A DNA stretch of 64,000 bases from contig NC_043009.1 of NCBI RefSeq assembly GCF_006345805.1, forward strand, positions 56,172,001-56,236,000. The letters run 5' to 3'. How positions within the stretch are numbered: the first letter of the stretch is position 1; every line of letters starts with the position of its first letter. Shown here one piece after another: positions 49,401-62,241 of this stretch. Under the pieces are notes generated by a model, which saw only the letters and a list, made by a program, of their open reading frames with translations, was not told the origin of the DNA and did no database searches. The DNA is from Octopus sinensis. Taxonomy: Eukaryota. The translations under genes and the position numbers were made by a program.

Positions 49401-51450
49401 GTAGAGTCACCTAACAAACAGAGAAACACACTTCACTCATGTTGCTATTACTCTTCACAAAGACATAAACGGTACCAAAAAAAAAAAAAAAAATTCTCCT
49501 CTCTTATGCTTGATGTCTCTATAAGAAATTGTTATGAGGTACAATAAATTTTCAAGTGGGTTAATTTCTAGACACTTATCTGTCATTACTTTAAATTTAT
49601 TGTGTTTTGTTCACATACTTAACTATACTTGGGTTTAAATACTTCCTGTTTAATTATGAAATTGTAATTAATACTTTTGAGAAGTAAATAATCAAGTGCT
49701 GAAGGCTGTGGTGAAATGTCTCTCAAGATATTTCAATATTACTAACATTTGAATTACAGTCATTGTCTTCTCAATACTTACGTGTCAGGTGTCTGGTACA
49801 GTGAGAAATTGGTAACCAGCTTTTCCTGTGTTAGAATCATTTAAGTTGCTACCAAAGTCAAAGCCTCAGAGAAAGGGATGAATGCTACAATTCTGTTTCC
49901 TTTCCTATTCTGTCTTTGGCAAGATATTTCACTTTCTTTAAGGCTAGAAGTCTAAATATTTCAAAATTTTCTGCATGAAAACTGCATGCATATTTAACTC
50001 TTAGGTATAACAAATATATTATTTATTTGTGAGTGTTATAGTGTACAGCTGGGTAGAAAGGATTTAAGATATGAGGCAAGTAGGTAGAATACATATGTAT
50101 AGGTATAGTAATACAAACAGGAAAATAGAACTCAAAACACATATATTTTAAAATTTAATCAGCACAAGTTGCAAACTAATTCAAGAGCTGAGAGTTTCAT
50201 GCATTGCCAATGCATAAAAGTTTCCATCCTTGAGTGAGTTTGTAATTTCTGCCAATTATATATATATAGGTAGGGATCTCAGAGAGTAGCGTCCCTGCCT
50301 TCCTGAGCGAGTTTTCCACCACATTTCTTAAAAATCATGGTAGAGGCCTTGGTCTCAGGACCACTTGTGTCTAGAAACTGAGGTGGGAGGTAAGCGAGGG
50401 CATGCTCCCCATAGAAAATCTAGCTCCAAAAAAGCCTCATGATGGCAAGCCAGCCCAAAGGTTGGGGTTGGCTGCATTTGCCTACCTTGGTTGCTATGGC
50501 ATTGAGTCAGATTTGACCACCCCCGTTAACAGGAACAAAACCTAGCCCTATTGGGCAGCTTTTAAGCTAGGTCCTGTGGAGGGCTCTTCATTAGGCTTTG
50601 GGCCCAACAGTGGCACTTGATGCATTGAGTACATATCAGATTTTATTAAAGTTGAACAATATTTTTCAAACAATGAACAATTTTCATCAAAACAATGATA
50701 TAATTTGTCAACTTGGAATTTGTTGCAAAGCTGCATGATAAAACAGCAGTACCACCACCATCGCCACCACATCTGCCATACACACACCATTCAGCCTTTT
50801 TGTGATGGTAATGTGGTGATAGTAATAGTATGAGTTGTAGCAGTAATAGAGGCAGTGGTGGTGGTGGTAGGCACAGTGGTCAGGGATGATGGTGAGAGTA
50901 AGTAATGTAAAAGACAGTGGTGATGGTGATGGAGGGGAAGGTGGCAATGTCAAAGGTATTGATGGTGGTGGCATCAGAGGTTTGAATAGTGTGTGTATGG
51001 CAGATGTGGCAGCGATAGTGGTTGTACTAAGAAAATGTATATTTATATATATATATATATGTATATGGGTGTTCTGTTGCATTAAAAGAATATATTAAGA
51101 TATGTACAGCTAGGTAGAGAGGATATGTAATGATATATGGGTGCTCAGTTATGTACAAAGTTCTGTACACTTAAGTAAAATATATAAATTAACTTAGCTA
51201 TAGGGTTTGTTGTATTGTAGCTGTGTTGTCTTGACTAACTGATCTCTATAGCTTTGTTAACATCCTGTCTGTTGTACTGCAGTCATGTTGTCATAGTCAT
51301 TGTTTCTATTGTGTGGCAAAATAATTGCACTATCGTTATATTGTCTCTTTCTAATTGCATTGGTATAACTTTTTTCATATGTATGCATGTTAATTAGAAA
51401 CTGTCCTTAGTCTACTTTCTGTTTCCACATCTACATGTATGTGTTTATAT

Positions 51451-51502
<52 letters not shown>

Positions 51503-51506
51503 CCCC

Positions 51507-51557
<51 letters not shown>

Positions 51558-52034
51558 GAGGCACAAGCACCTACACACACATATGCACACATGGCAGTAA
51601 CTTCCGCCGACCAAATTCAATCACTAAGCTTCGGTCAGCCCAAGGCTATAGCAGAAGACACTTGCCCAAAGTGCCACGCAGTGGGACTGAACCCAAAACC
51701 ATGTAGCTAGGAAGCAAGATCCCTAACCACACAGCCATGCCCGCGCCTACAAATGTATGTACATTTGTAGGCGCTAAGTGTGTGGCAAGCTTTATATGGC
51801 CAGATGCCCCTCCTGATGCCAACCCCCGCCTGTTGCCAAGCGAGGTATATATATACACATAATATATATACACACACATGCATGCACATGTGCACACACT
51901 CTCACATACACCACATGCACAATGCTTCTGTACAGTTGCCATCTACCAGTTTGATTGAGTGGCTGTAGTAAAACACATTAGAACTCCAAACCACATGGTT
52001 ACTAAGACAGTTCTCTAACCACAGTTATGCATTC

Positions 52035-52390
52035 ATCATCATCATCATCATCATCATTGAACGTCCGCTTTCCATGCTAGCATGGGTTGGACGATTTGAC
52101 TGAGGACTGGCAAACCAAATGGCTGCACCAGACTCCAAACTGATCTGGCAGAGTTTCTACAGCTGGATGCCCTTCCTAGCACCAACCACTCCAAGAGTGT
52201 AGTGGGTGCTTTTACGTGCCACTGGCATAAGGGCCAGTCAGGCAGTACTGGCAATGGCCTCGCTCAAATGGTGCTTTTTATGTGCCACTGGCAGGGAGGC
52301 CAGTTTGTTGCTCTGCCAACGATCACGTTCGTATGGTACTCTTAGCACTCCACTAGCATGGATGCCAGTCATCAAATTTGATTTCGATAT
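52035..52390. mobile_element. Family C element with RTE 3' UTR at the opposite end
   Basis: (CAT)n at the left; gtgctttttatgtgccac repeats and atgccagtcatcaaatttgatttcgat at the right, matching 31180-31344. Confidence 0.75.
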
Positions 52391-52470
52391 ATATCTCTTA
52401 TCTCTTATGATAAAAGGCAAATTTTCTCTGCCTCCCAAACCGTTTGTTTTTTATACAATTGTACAATATA

Positions 52471-52975
52471 GAATTTCTTCAATTGGAATTTACCTATGAT
52501 TTTTGCAAGTTGATTCCATCGGGTCGTGGCATGTAAAGTTTTTTCAATTTCACCCCCAATTAAGGAAAAATTCGAGAAAACTCAATATTTTACGATTTCC
52601 CTCTTTCATTTAAAGTGCTTCACTCCTACCATTACCACCACACTTTCTGCTACTTTCTCTTTGCAAGTCTGCAACAATTAAAGTTAAAGTCTTTATATAA
52701 CAGGGATAATTTCTCCTACTTTCTCTTTGTAAGTGTACCTTAAACCACTACTCAAAAAAAATACACAGCAAACAGAAACAAATAAATACATAACGATTTA
52801 CTCCTCACACAATTTCTTCAATTAGAGTTTACCTATGATTTTTCCAAGTACTTCCATTTGGTCACGGCATACACATTTCTTTCAATTTGACCCCCAATTA
52901 AGAAAAAATTCGAGAAAAATCAATATTTTAACATTTCACTCTTTCACTTCAAAGCCTTTACTCTGCCTATTACTC
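52471..52975 (+). repeat. Diverged direct duplication (about 160-bp unit, period 340)
   Basis: aatttcttcaatt..a.tttacctatgatttt...cccccaattaag.aaaaattcgagaaaa at 52471 and 52811. Confidence 0.8.
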
Positions 52976-53314
52976 CCACTTCCTCTTTACACACATAGAC
53001 ACGCAAATATATAAATAAAATTGTACGCTAACGTGTGTGTGTGTGTGACAGGGATGAGCCATTCAGACTGGTCATCCTTTTTGCTAAAAGAAGATCCCCT
53101 ATGGTCTTATATGCTACACCACTGGTTTTCAGTTCATATTAATAAAATTAATATTCAGAACAAGAAGCACTATTCATTATAATACATCAGTTCCACACAT
53201 TTACCCTGGTTCCATTTCGGACAACTGCACAAACATTTGCCATTTGACACATGTATGTAAACAAATTCCTTTCTTAAAAATTTCAATTCATTTTCTTTTT
53301 CAATGATATTTAAT

Positions 53315-53780
53315 TATATTTATATATTCATCTATACACACATGTATGTATAACGTGTGTGTATATATTTCCATACAGGTAACCATTCACGCCATACAAA
53401 GTTATTTAGGATGAAAATAAGATCTAAAGTATATCCAAGTAGCAGAAAGGTCACCCAAAAGTGTATATAGATATATAAATGTATTTATATATTCATCTAT
53501 ACACACATGTAAATGTATTTATATATTCATCTATGCACACATGTATGTATAACGTGTGTGTATATATTTCCATAGAGGTAACCATTCACTCCATACAAAG
53601 TTTTTTAGGACGAAAATAAGATCTAAAGTTATCTCTAAGAAGCAAAAGATCGCCCAAAAGTGTATATAGATATTTAAATGTATTTATATATTCATCTATA
53701 CACACATGTATGTATAATGTGTGTGTATATATTTCCATAGAGGTAATCATTCACTCCATACAAAGTTTTTTAGGACGAAA
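53315..53780 (+). repeat. Tandem repeat, unit of about 165 bp (about 2.5 copies plus a 35-bp sub-duplication)
   Basis: Repeated atttatatattcatctatacacacatg...aggtaaccattcac.ccatacaaagtt.tttagga. Confidence 0.88.
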
Positions 53781-53781
53781 A

Positions 53782-54169
53782 TCTTTATATATAAAAGAAA
53801 GGTTATGTGTCTGTCTACTCCGATTTAGATTCCTAACTACTCCCACATTTTGCGATGCAGTTTAACCAAAACCAGGTATCTTATAGTCGTGATTCATATC
53901 AAGCCCTTCTGGGTATTAGCACGTGTCTATGATGAGTCTACGATTTTAAAAATAATTTACCATCATTTTTTTCCATTTTAATGCATTTTTTTCGCTATTA
54001 TATAAGGGAAGTAACTCTCTAAAAATGTCTACGATGAGTCAACGATTTAAATAAAAATTTACCATAACTTTTTTTTCCATTTTTAATGCAATTTTTTGCT
54101 GTAACTCTCTAAAAATGCTTTATAGTTATTTCCCTTACAGACCCGAGCAACGCCGGGCGATACTGCTAG
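53782..54169 (+). mobile_element. Non-autonomous Helitron, intact ends
   Basis: A|TCtttatatataaaag ... acccgagcaacgccgggcgatactgCTAG|T. Confidence 0.9.
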
Positions 54170-54180
54170 TATATATATAT

Positions 54181-54372
54181 ATAAAGTTAATCCAAACAAG
54201 AAAGCACAAAAAAACACAACACGAGGACGTGGAACAAATATAGTATTATTGGACGCTCAGGAAAGAAGGAGGGTTTAACGTTTTGAGCGGAGCTCTTCGT
54301 CGGAAACATAGGAGAAGGAAAGATCCAGAGGGAAGACAGGGAAAAAAATCACCAACGGTACACACGAGGTCA
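54181..54372 (-). mobile_element. Second copy of the hammerhead-bearing Penelope-like repeat
   Basis: Reverse complement of 17731-17905. The core at 54273-54307 reads GTTT-CCGACGA-A-GAGCtccGCTC-AAAA-CGT-T-AAAC. Confidence 0.62.
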
Positions 54373-57049
54373 CACTCGCACACACACACATACATGCATG
54401 CACAATGCTTCTCTACAGTTTCCATCTACCAGCACACTACAGTTTCCATCTAAAGCACACTAAATCTCAAAACCACATGGTTACTAAGACAATTCTTTGA
54501 CCACACAGTTAGGCATTGTATATCATTATTTGGATTTACTAAGCTACTTCACAAATACTTTCAGTAAATCATGCATATAAAATCTTTAAATGTGTGGATT
54601 GTCTTATGTACATGTGTAATAATTTATATTATTACACATGTATAAATATGTTTTGTCACAGACACAGAGACACTACACTTAAGTTTTATTGTGGTCTCTT
54701 TGTCATGTGCTGATGGTTTCTGCTTTTGTAATCTCATTGTCCTTACATTATTTTCTTCCTTGATCCTATAAATTGAGTAATAATCTTTTAACTCAAACAC
54801 ACTGACACTTTAATCCTGTGAACCCTTTATATGGTTTTTTTCCTGACCATTTAACTGTTTATTACACTATCATTCTAAATTATATAATGCAATAACATTT
54901 TCACTATTTCGTCTTCATTTGATTTCTTGTGTCACACTTTCAATCTCATTTAATGAATTTCAACATCTTTTTAAGCCTTCTGTTTTCATTTCTTCTATTC
55001 TTAATTTGTACTTTATTTTTTTGCATTTTAATTTACTCACAAAATAATACTAAATTCTGCATGCTTGTTCACAACATAGCTACTGAATTAATATGTGGTG
55101 GTGTTGTTTTTGCTGTTGTTGTTTAAGACTTTTATGTAAAGTGAGGTGTTATATGTTATATATCACAGGATTGCTCTCTAAATTACTTTGTTCTAGAATT
55201 AGAAATAAAGCCTATTATTACCTCTTTAATTGATATAAATTTATTGGGTACATTGATAAATGTCTTGTCATCTATATTTCTCCATTTATGCTTCCAAAGG
55301 CTCCATCATGGAATGACATAAACTTGACCTCAGAATTACTTGATTTTGTTCTTTATGCTGATATGTCACTTATTTACCCTTGAGCACTTTGGAACTGAAA
55401 TAGAACAAATACAAGGCTGTATAAGCCATAAACTTTTTTAATGTATCAAATTGGTTAATGAAAAATAAATATTCATTGAACATCAGTAAATTTAAAGGCA
55501 TCTTCTTTCATTATCATCAACAAAAGTACTTTTCACTTGATTCAATCAATCTCTCATTTCAAATTTAGTAATTTAATGGTAACATTAGAATATGATGATC
55601 ATTTTGTCTTGCTTTGATGATAGATGAATATACTCTTTATATTGGTCATTTGAGCAACTAGAAGACATTTAATACTTAATTATCCAGTGACAATGACGAA
55701 AAACAGGAAGGGTACTAAAGTATCACCTTGAAGTATTTCTACAATTACATCTTTGTTTCATTGACATCAGTTACCTGTTGAATGATGCCATACAGCTATG
55801 GTAACTTAAGAGTACTTCAGTCATACTTATATCTATAAACATATATATAGAGAAAGAGATAGATAGACAAACACAGACAGACAGAAACACACATGCACAC
55901 ACACATGAAAGAAAAGACCATAGTAACCTCAGACAATGGAATGCAAAAGTTCGTTAGAGTAAGGTACTCTCTTTCTCTTTGGTTCATAGGATTATGCTCA
56001 AGGTGGCTCCGTCATTCACATGTGCCATCCTTGCTACATTCACCCATCTTTTCGTGAAACATTCATTAGACAAAACTTGCCTCTCTACTCTCACCTTCCT
56101 TTTCAAGTGATACTTGGAAAAGTTGATGAGTGACCAGAGAGGAAAGTGTTCGTTTCTAAGCCTTTCAAGCACATCCACCACACACATTCTTTCACTTGGA
56201 GTCCCCTCGTTTCCAAGGGGACTCCAAGCCATGCGCATTTATACAACCAATCTTAAGCATAATCCTAACGAGGTATGTGTCTTAAACACAAAGGAAAGGA
56301 ACAGAGCGTTACTTACAGTTCAACATTTTTCATCGAGGAGGTTACTGCATAATTTTTTGGATGTTTTTCAAAAGTGAATTTTTCTCCTCACAAGTTTTCA
56401 TAAGGAGGTTTTTAAATAGTTTTGGGGATGAATGTTGGGTGGGTGGATGGAGGTAGGGAGGGAGGAGGTTACCTTGGATTTCATGTCCATAAAGTGCTTA
56501 ACTTTACAGTATTTCATCAGACCCTAAAACCCATTGGTTCAACTTTGCCTTTCATTCCTTTTGTGGTCAATAAAATAAGGACTAGTTGAGCACTGGGACC
56601 AACTAATCCCTTCTCCCAAAAAAAATGTCAAGTTTTGTGCTTAGCAGAAAGAATTATCATCATATTGAGAGCTTATGTATGGAAGCCATGTTATCTTGTA
56701 AAATATTTGCATTTGATGTGAAGATCTTAGAACTAATGAATAAAAAACAAAGGGTCAAATTTTTGTTGTTGTTCTTTCTTATTTTAGTAATCCAATGCTT
56801 TGTTTTCTTCCATTCTAGGTTTGTTTACCTGAAGATGATAATGATGTAAATATCAGAATCTTAAATTTTAGTACATAGCTTCTACAGCTTTCTTCACTTC
56901 TTTATTTCATTTTCATTTTCATATTTTCACTAACTTTTGTTTATTTTTCTTTGTTTTTAACCTAATTTCTTTTCTTTTTGCTTTCTTTTCTGTTTACCAT
57001 GCAAATTTTTCTGAAATCATCATTTCTTTATGTAAATCCCCACCCACAA

Positions 57050-57085
<36 letters not shown>

Positions 57086-58081
57086 CAATTGTCTAAATGG
57101 ATATTTTACATTCAACAAAATCTCTTCACTCTCACAGAGGTATCAAGCCCATGGTTTGATGCCTCTCTCTCTCTCTCTCTCTTTGTATGTGTATAATATG
57201 TGTGTGTATTTAATTATAGGATTCAATAGAATCTAGAGTCAAATCAACACATGATACCAGAAGTGGCTAGGTTCAATTTATATATTTGCGTATGCGTGTA
57301 CTTGTGCATTTATGTATGTATATATGGACCCAGAATAAATGAAAATATATTGCCAAATGTCTTCTTTGGCCTCAAGCTGACCAATGAATTACAAAAGAAA
57401 TTTTCAGAGAGAAAATTATGCAGATGTTGACATTTTATGGTGTCACTTGTTGCTGTCCAAACAAAATGTGATATTTACACTCCTCATTAACATCACAACC
57501 TATCACTCTCTATTTTCTAAGACCAAGTAGTAATTAAAAAACAAAATTAGTCTGTTGGTCACAAGTTCAAATGTTACTGCAGCTCTGGCCCCAGAACAAG
57601 ACACTTAATTCTGATTGCCCCAAATATACCACTGATAAAGTTAGGTTCAATTGCTGTTTTTCACTTGTGTAAGTTGGTAGTATGAAGAGCATTTAGCGTT
57701 AAAAACAATTGCTCCAACCACAAAACCATCCCACTTACATCATTCTGGAGAAATTAATGTATGTCATTTTTGAACTTACTGTTGAGAATGTTTCTAATCA
57801 ATTGACATTAATCTGAACTTGTCACAACAGTATAGTATGAACACAGTGTGACAGTCAGTGATAAGTGCAGATGTGACCATGTGGTTAAGAAGTTTACTTA
57901 TGAACCACACAACTTCGGATTTGTTCTAAGGCTAGTGTTTTCTATTATGGCATCAGGCTCACCAATGCTCTATGTGTGGAAGACTTAGAGTATTCTTACA
58001 CTTGAATATTTTTGTTTGGTCTTTGAGCCTACTAATAACACTTTTTAAGGGAAGCTTTCCCAAATGTAAAAGAAACATTAA

Positions 58082-58302
58082 CCCTTTCGTTACTGTATTT
58101 ATTTTGAGATGCTCTGTGCTTCTTTCAATTAATTTTAAATATAACAAAGAATTTAATAAAATAACTTAGTTATCATTAAGCTAGTGTTAGAAACATAAAT
58201 TGTGATTAAGGTTTGGTGGGAGATTTTAGTTCAAAACTTTTGGAAACAAGACATTTGTAGTCAGAGCCAAAGCTGGTTTCAGCCGGGTTGGTCACGAAAG
58301 GG
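58082..58302. mobile_element. piggyBac-type MITE, 221 bp
   Basis: TTAA|ccctttcgttac ... gtcacgaaaggg|TTAA (TIR 11/12). Confidence 0.88.
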
Positions 58303-58562
58303 TTAAACAACCTATGTGGATTGATAGAATATCTTGTCTTTCTCTTTATTTCTTGGCATTATCTAACATCTTTTGCTTAATTTCTCACTATAATTGCTTA
58401 ATGGTCTTCTTAAGAAATATTTATATCAATCTTTTGTTGTATTTTTCTCTCTTTTATAGTAATTTCTATTTAACAATATTAATTCTGTTTATTAATCTTT
58501 TATCTATTTCAACCTCTAAATCTTCCTAATTATTTCTGCCTGCTATCTTTCGGCAATATTAA

Positions 58563-58781
58563 TCCTTTAATATTTAAACCAGTCATAATGCCCAAATATT
58601 TTATTAGTATTATGTTCAACCTTGTCAGATTCAGCTTCTCACACCTATCTTACAAGATTATTCTAAAAAATAAACAATCATATCATAAAAATTTCAAAGC
58701 TGTGAGATAATGCATGATTAATTCAAAACATTGCAAATAAATAAGCATTATGTTAAACTGGATAATCTGAATGTTAAAGGG
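58563..58781. mobile_element. piggyBac-type MITE, family of 22801-23388
   Basis: TTAA|tcctttaatatttaaacc ... ctgaatgttaaaggg|TTAA. Confidence 0.72.
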
Positions 58782-59378
58782 TTAAAGATTATTTCTGAAT
58801 TCATATCTTTGATGCCTACCAAATACAGATTGATTTTTAAATGAAAAGAAAATCAAGTAATTTATTATGTAATTGTCTAACAGTTTATGCATTTATTATT
58901 AAGTTATTCATGTGTATATTTTTCAACTTTTCTGTTTTCTGCACGACACTAATCTTTTCATTTTCTTGTCATAATCTTTCCTAGTTTATAGTTTATCTTT
59001 AACCAATACTGTAAAGTTCAACTTCATATGGAGTTCTTTTGCATTCTTTTTCTATCAATTTCAATGTCTATCTGAGCACTGCAGTTTCAATCTTATCTCC
59101 CTTCTCATAGAATTCTCTAATCTGTTTCAAATAATCTTTGCATTTCAGCTTCATTCATTCACATACACAGCAATGTTAAGTTAATCTAATTCACAGAATA
59201 CTAACTAATTTGTAAATAAAAGTTTGAATGTATGTGTGTGTGCATACATACATATATATATATTTTTATATATGCATTGATTTACTATCAGCTTTAATTA
59301 CTCATCTTCCATGATGATATGGGTTGGACAGTTTAACAGGAATCTAGTAGGCCCAAGATCTGCATCATGCTGCAATGT

Positions 59379-59411
<33 letters not shown>

Positions 59412-59703
59412 GTACATACCTACATATATATGTATATATACTTGCATATATGGGTACAGGACATCAAAACAACATTGAACACAATAAAACCCTCGATTCA
59501 ATAACACTATGTACAAACCCTATACTTGGAATGACCAATTTTAATTACTATTGGAACTTACTCACAAAGTATTGGAATCTTATATGTATACCATTCTGCC
59601 TAAATGATGGATCTAAAGATGCAATATCATTCATTCACTTCACTCTCTATTTCATATCTTATCTAAATTAACTATTGCTTAACCATTTTCTCACACTGTC
59701 TCT

Positions 59704-59810
59704 GATGAAGGGATATATAAGACCTTCTATTTATAATCCGATGAAGGGATATATAAGACCTTCTATTTATAATCCGATGAAGGGATATATAAGACCTTCC
59801 ATTTATAAAT
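59704..59810 (+). repeat. 36-bp tandem repeat, three copies
   Basis: gatgaagggatatataagaccttctatttataatcc at 59704 and 59740, with a third, diverging copy at 59776. Confidence 0.93.
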
Positions 59811-60598
59811 GTTCTAAAATCTTTCACAGCCTTGGATTTTTATCTCATTCTGAAAATTTCTTATATATATATATGTATGTATATAGAATGATAGTTCTGA
59901 TATATAAGAACAGTAAAGAGTAAATTTTCTAGGAAGCTGGCTAAGCTGGTATTTATTGAATAGGGTTGCATGCTCTGTTAGGCGTATGAAGAATAAAGTT
60001 GCTGACGTAGCTGATGATGTATATGTCGTGTGATCTGATGACGTCAGTCATGGCACAATGTATTTTAAAGAAAATAATATGTTCCATGTTAATTCAAATA
60101 TCACTAGAAAGCAACATGAATTTATCTAACAACCAGATATATAGGTGTCCAACTTGCTGGAAACAGCAACTAGGGAACATAGAACAGACAACACAAGAGG
60201 AACAAAGTGTAAAGCTAATACATATTGGATGAGAAGGGTTGACAGTAACTTCAAAGGCATTGTCAACCTTTTTTTCCTTGAAAAGTATTGAAAAAAACAT
60301 GTACTCTACTAAAATGTGTTGTGTAATTCTTCAGTTTAATATTAATTTGTTTTTATGTATAAGCTTAATATCTGTTTTGATTTAAAAGATCTTTTATATT
60401 AATGCAGACCTATAATAAAATAGATTATCTTTGCATGTTTCAAGTTATAAAACAATTGTTGTGGTATGAATTTTCAAATGCTTAAATAAATTTTTATCAT
60501 TCTATTCTCTTGTCATTTATAGCTTTATATATATATATATATCAGAAATATTAAATTTCTAAATATCTCATAGAGATATGTACGGTGGTGGGGTGATA

Positions 60599-60744
60599 GA
60601 ATGGTTGTATATTGTCAATTTAACGTGACAGTAGGGGATTACACCACCGCTGTTTAGCCCTAGGAAGCGTCAATGCTTCCTAGAGCTAAACAGCAGTGAT
60701 GTAATCCCCTACTGTCACATTAAATTGACAGTATACAACCATTC
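60599..60744. mobile_element. Hairpin MITE with TA TSD (Tc1/mariner type)
   Basis: TA|gaatggttgtatattgtcaattt...ggaagc gtcaat gcttcc...aaattgacagtatacaaccattc|TA. Arms of about 70 bp with about five mismatches. Confidence 0.85.
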
Positions 60745-60952
60745 TATATATATATATATATATATACGTTAAACGATGATGATGATGATATATATATATA
60801 TAGTCATATACTTTTGGCATTAAATGAAGTGAGGTACTTTCATTAGTATTCCTTATACATGGGCAATGAAAGAAAGAAATGTTCTTACTTCTGTTTCTTT
60901 TGTATTATTCAAATTTTTCATCATAACTGAAAGGTATTAGTCTCTTTTGCAG

Positions 60953-61124
60953 ACATCCCATCGGGTTCGTGTATCAAAACCTAAACGAGAACACCTCAGA
61001 GCTATCGATGTATTTTATAGCAAAATTTACATTCGAAGCGCTAATCTGAAGGACACTGGTATATATGTATGTAACGTCAGCAGTTTTAACTCTATGAGTA
61101 CTGATGTACACATTTCAGTCTATG
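60953..61124 (+). CDS. Pvr: PVR-like RTK exon (Ig3 C-terminal half)
   Basis: Acceptor cttttgcag, donor gtatgt, phase 0 to phase 1. Reads TSHRVRVSKPKREHLRAIDVFYSKIYIRSANLKDTGIYVCNVSSFNSMSTDVHISVY, with the DTGxYxC motif. Confidence 0.92.
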
Positions 61125-62241
61125 GTATGTATACAACAAAACTTGCAATTTGATTGGATGTTGATGTTTTGACAATGTTGATCTGAATAGGAATTAATCA
61201 CCATTTTACAAATTTAATGCATGGAAGAGTGAAATGCTAATTAAAGAATGATATTGATTTAATCTTCTGATACAGGACAGCTATAAGGTTAAGAAGTTCA
61301 TATATTGTGTTTGTGTGTACCATTGTCTTGACATCATGTGATGGTTGTATACAAGCATGAATGTCATACAAGCAATGTTGTTTGTTCCTGGCCTTCAATG
61401 GAAAATGTGTCTGGCCATGGAGATATATTTCCTTCCTTGGGAACAGGTGAAGTCTGATGACAGGAAAGGAATCCAGCCAAAGAAAATCTGCCTCAACAAA
61501 TTCCATCTGACTCATACGGGCATGGAAAAGTGGATGTAAAATGACAATGATGAATTTAAATTGTAGATTATTGTGAAGGCATGTTGCCAAATTGTTAGGA
61601 TGATTTCAATTCCCAAGTGGGGCAGTGCATAGCGTTCTTGAGTAAATTCCTTTAATTTAAGTCACTTCAGTCTACTTAACTGTGAATTCCAGTAATAGCT
61701 GAGAAGTTAACCCTTCTCAGGTGTCCACTTCATGAGGGGAGAGTTGTAATCTCAATCACTAATAATGTGGTTTGTGATATACCTAAGTTGGTGTCCCCAA
61801 CCAGTGCATTGGCTGCTGGTTTCAGCAGTCAGGTGTTTGGTTGTGCTCATGGATGTGCTTGTGCTCCTGCTCATTCTTGCACTCTCTTTGGCTGACAATA
61901 GTGCTGCTTTCTGCATTGTGCCTCGTACCAATAGCTGAGCAGAACTGTGCTATGACTGATGGGTTGGGCACAGTGGAATTACTACACTGATAGGGGTCAT
62001 TGCACCCAAGTGGGGTACAGACTTACTGTGTAGGATCTTGTTGATCAGCTGAGGCTTGTGTGAAAGGGTGGTTTTCATTCTCTTCTACTTTGCAATTATC
62101 ACTGTGGGTTCATGCCTCTTGACCCCTACATGGCCAATGAATTCTCGATATACTGCCATTGTCACCTCATCAATTTGCACATGTGTATTGTTGCCTCACA
62201 TAAAATGAAAATTAAATAAAATTTCATATTTTCTTTTGTAG

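Noticed and set aside
50708-51098. Overlapping ORFs of 124 aa and 70 aa
   Set aside because: Derived from degenerate (GTG/GAT)n low-complexity sequence.
59704-59810. CRISPR array (36-bp repeats; also the 66-bp repeat at 28208)
   Set aside because: The units are directly adjacent with no unique spacers, there are no cas genes, and the context is eukaryotic.
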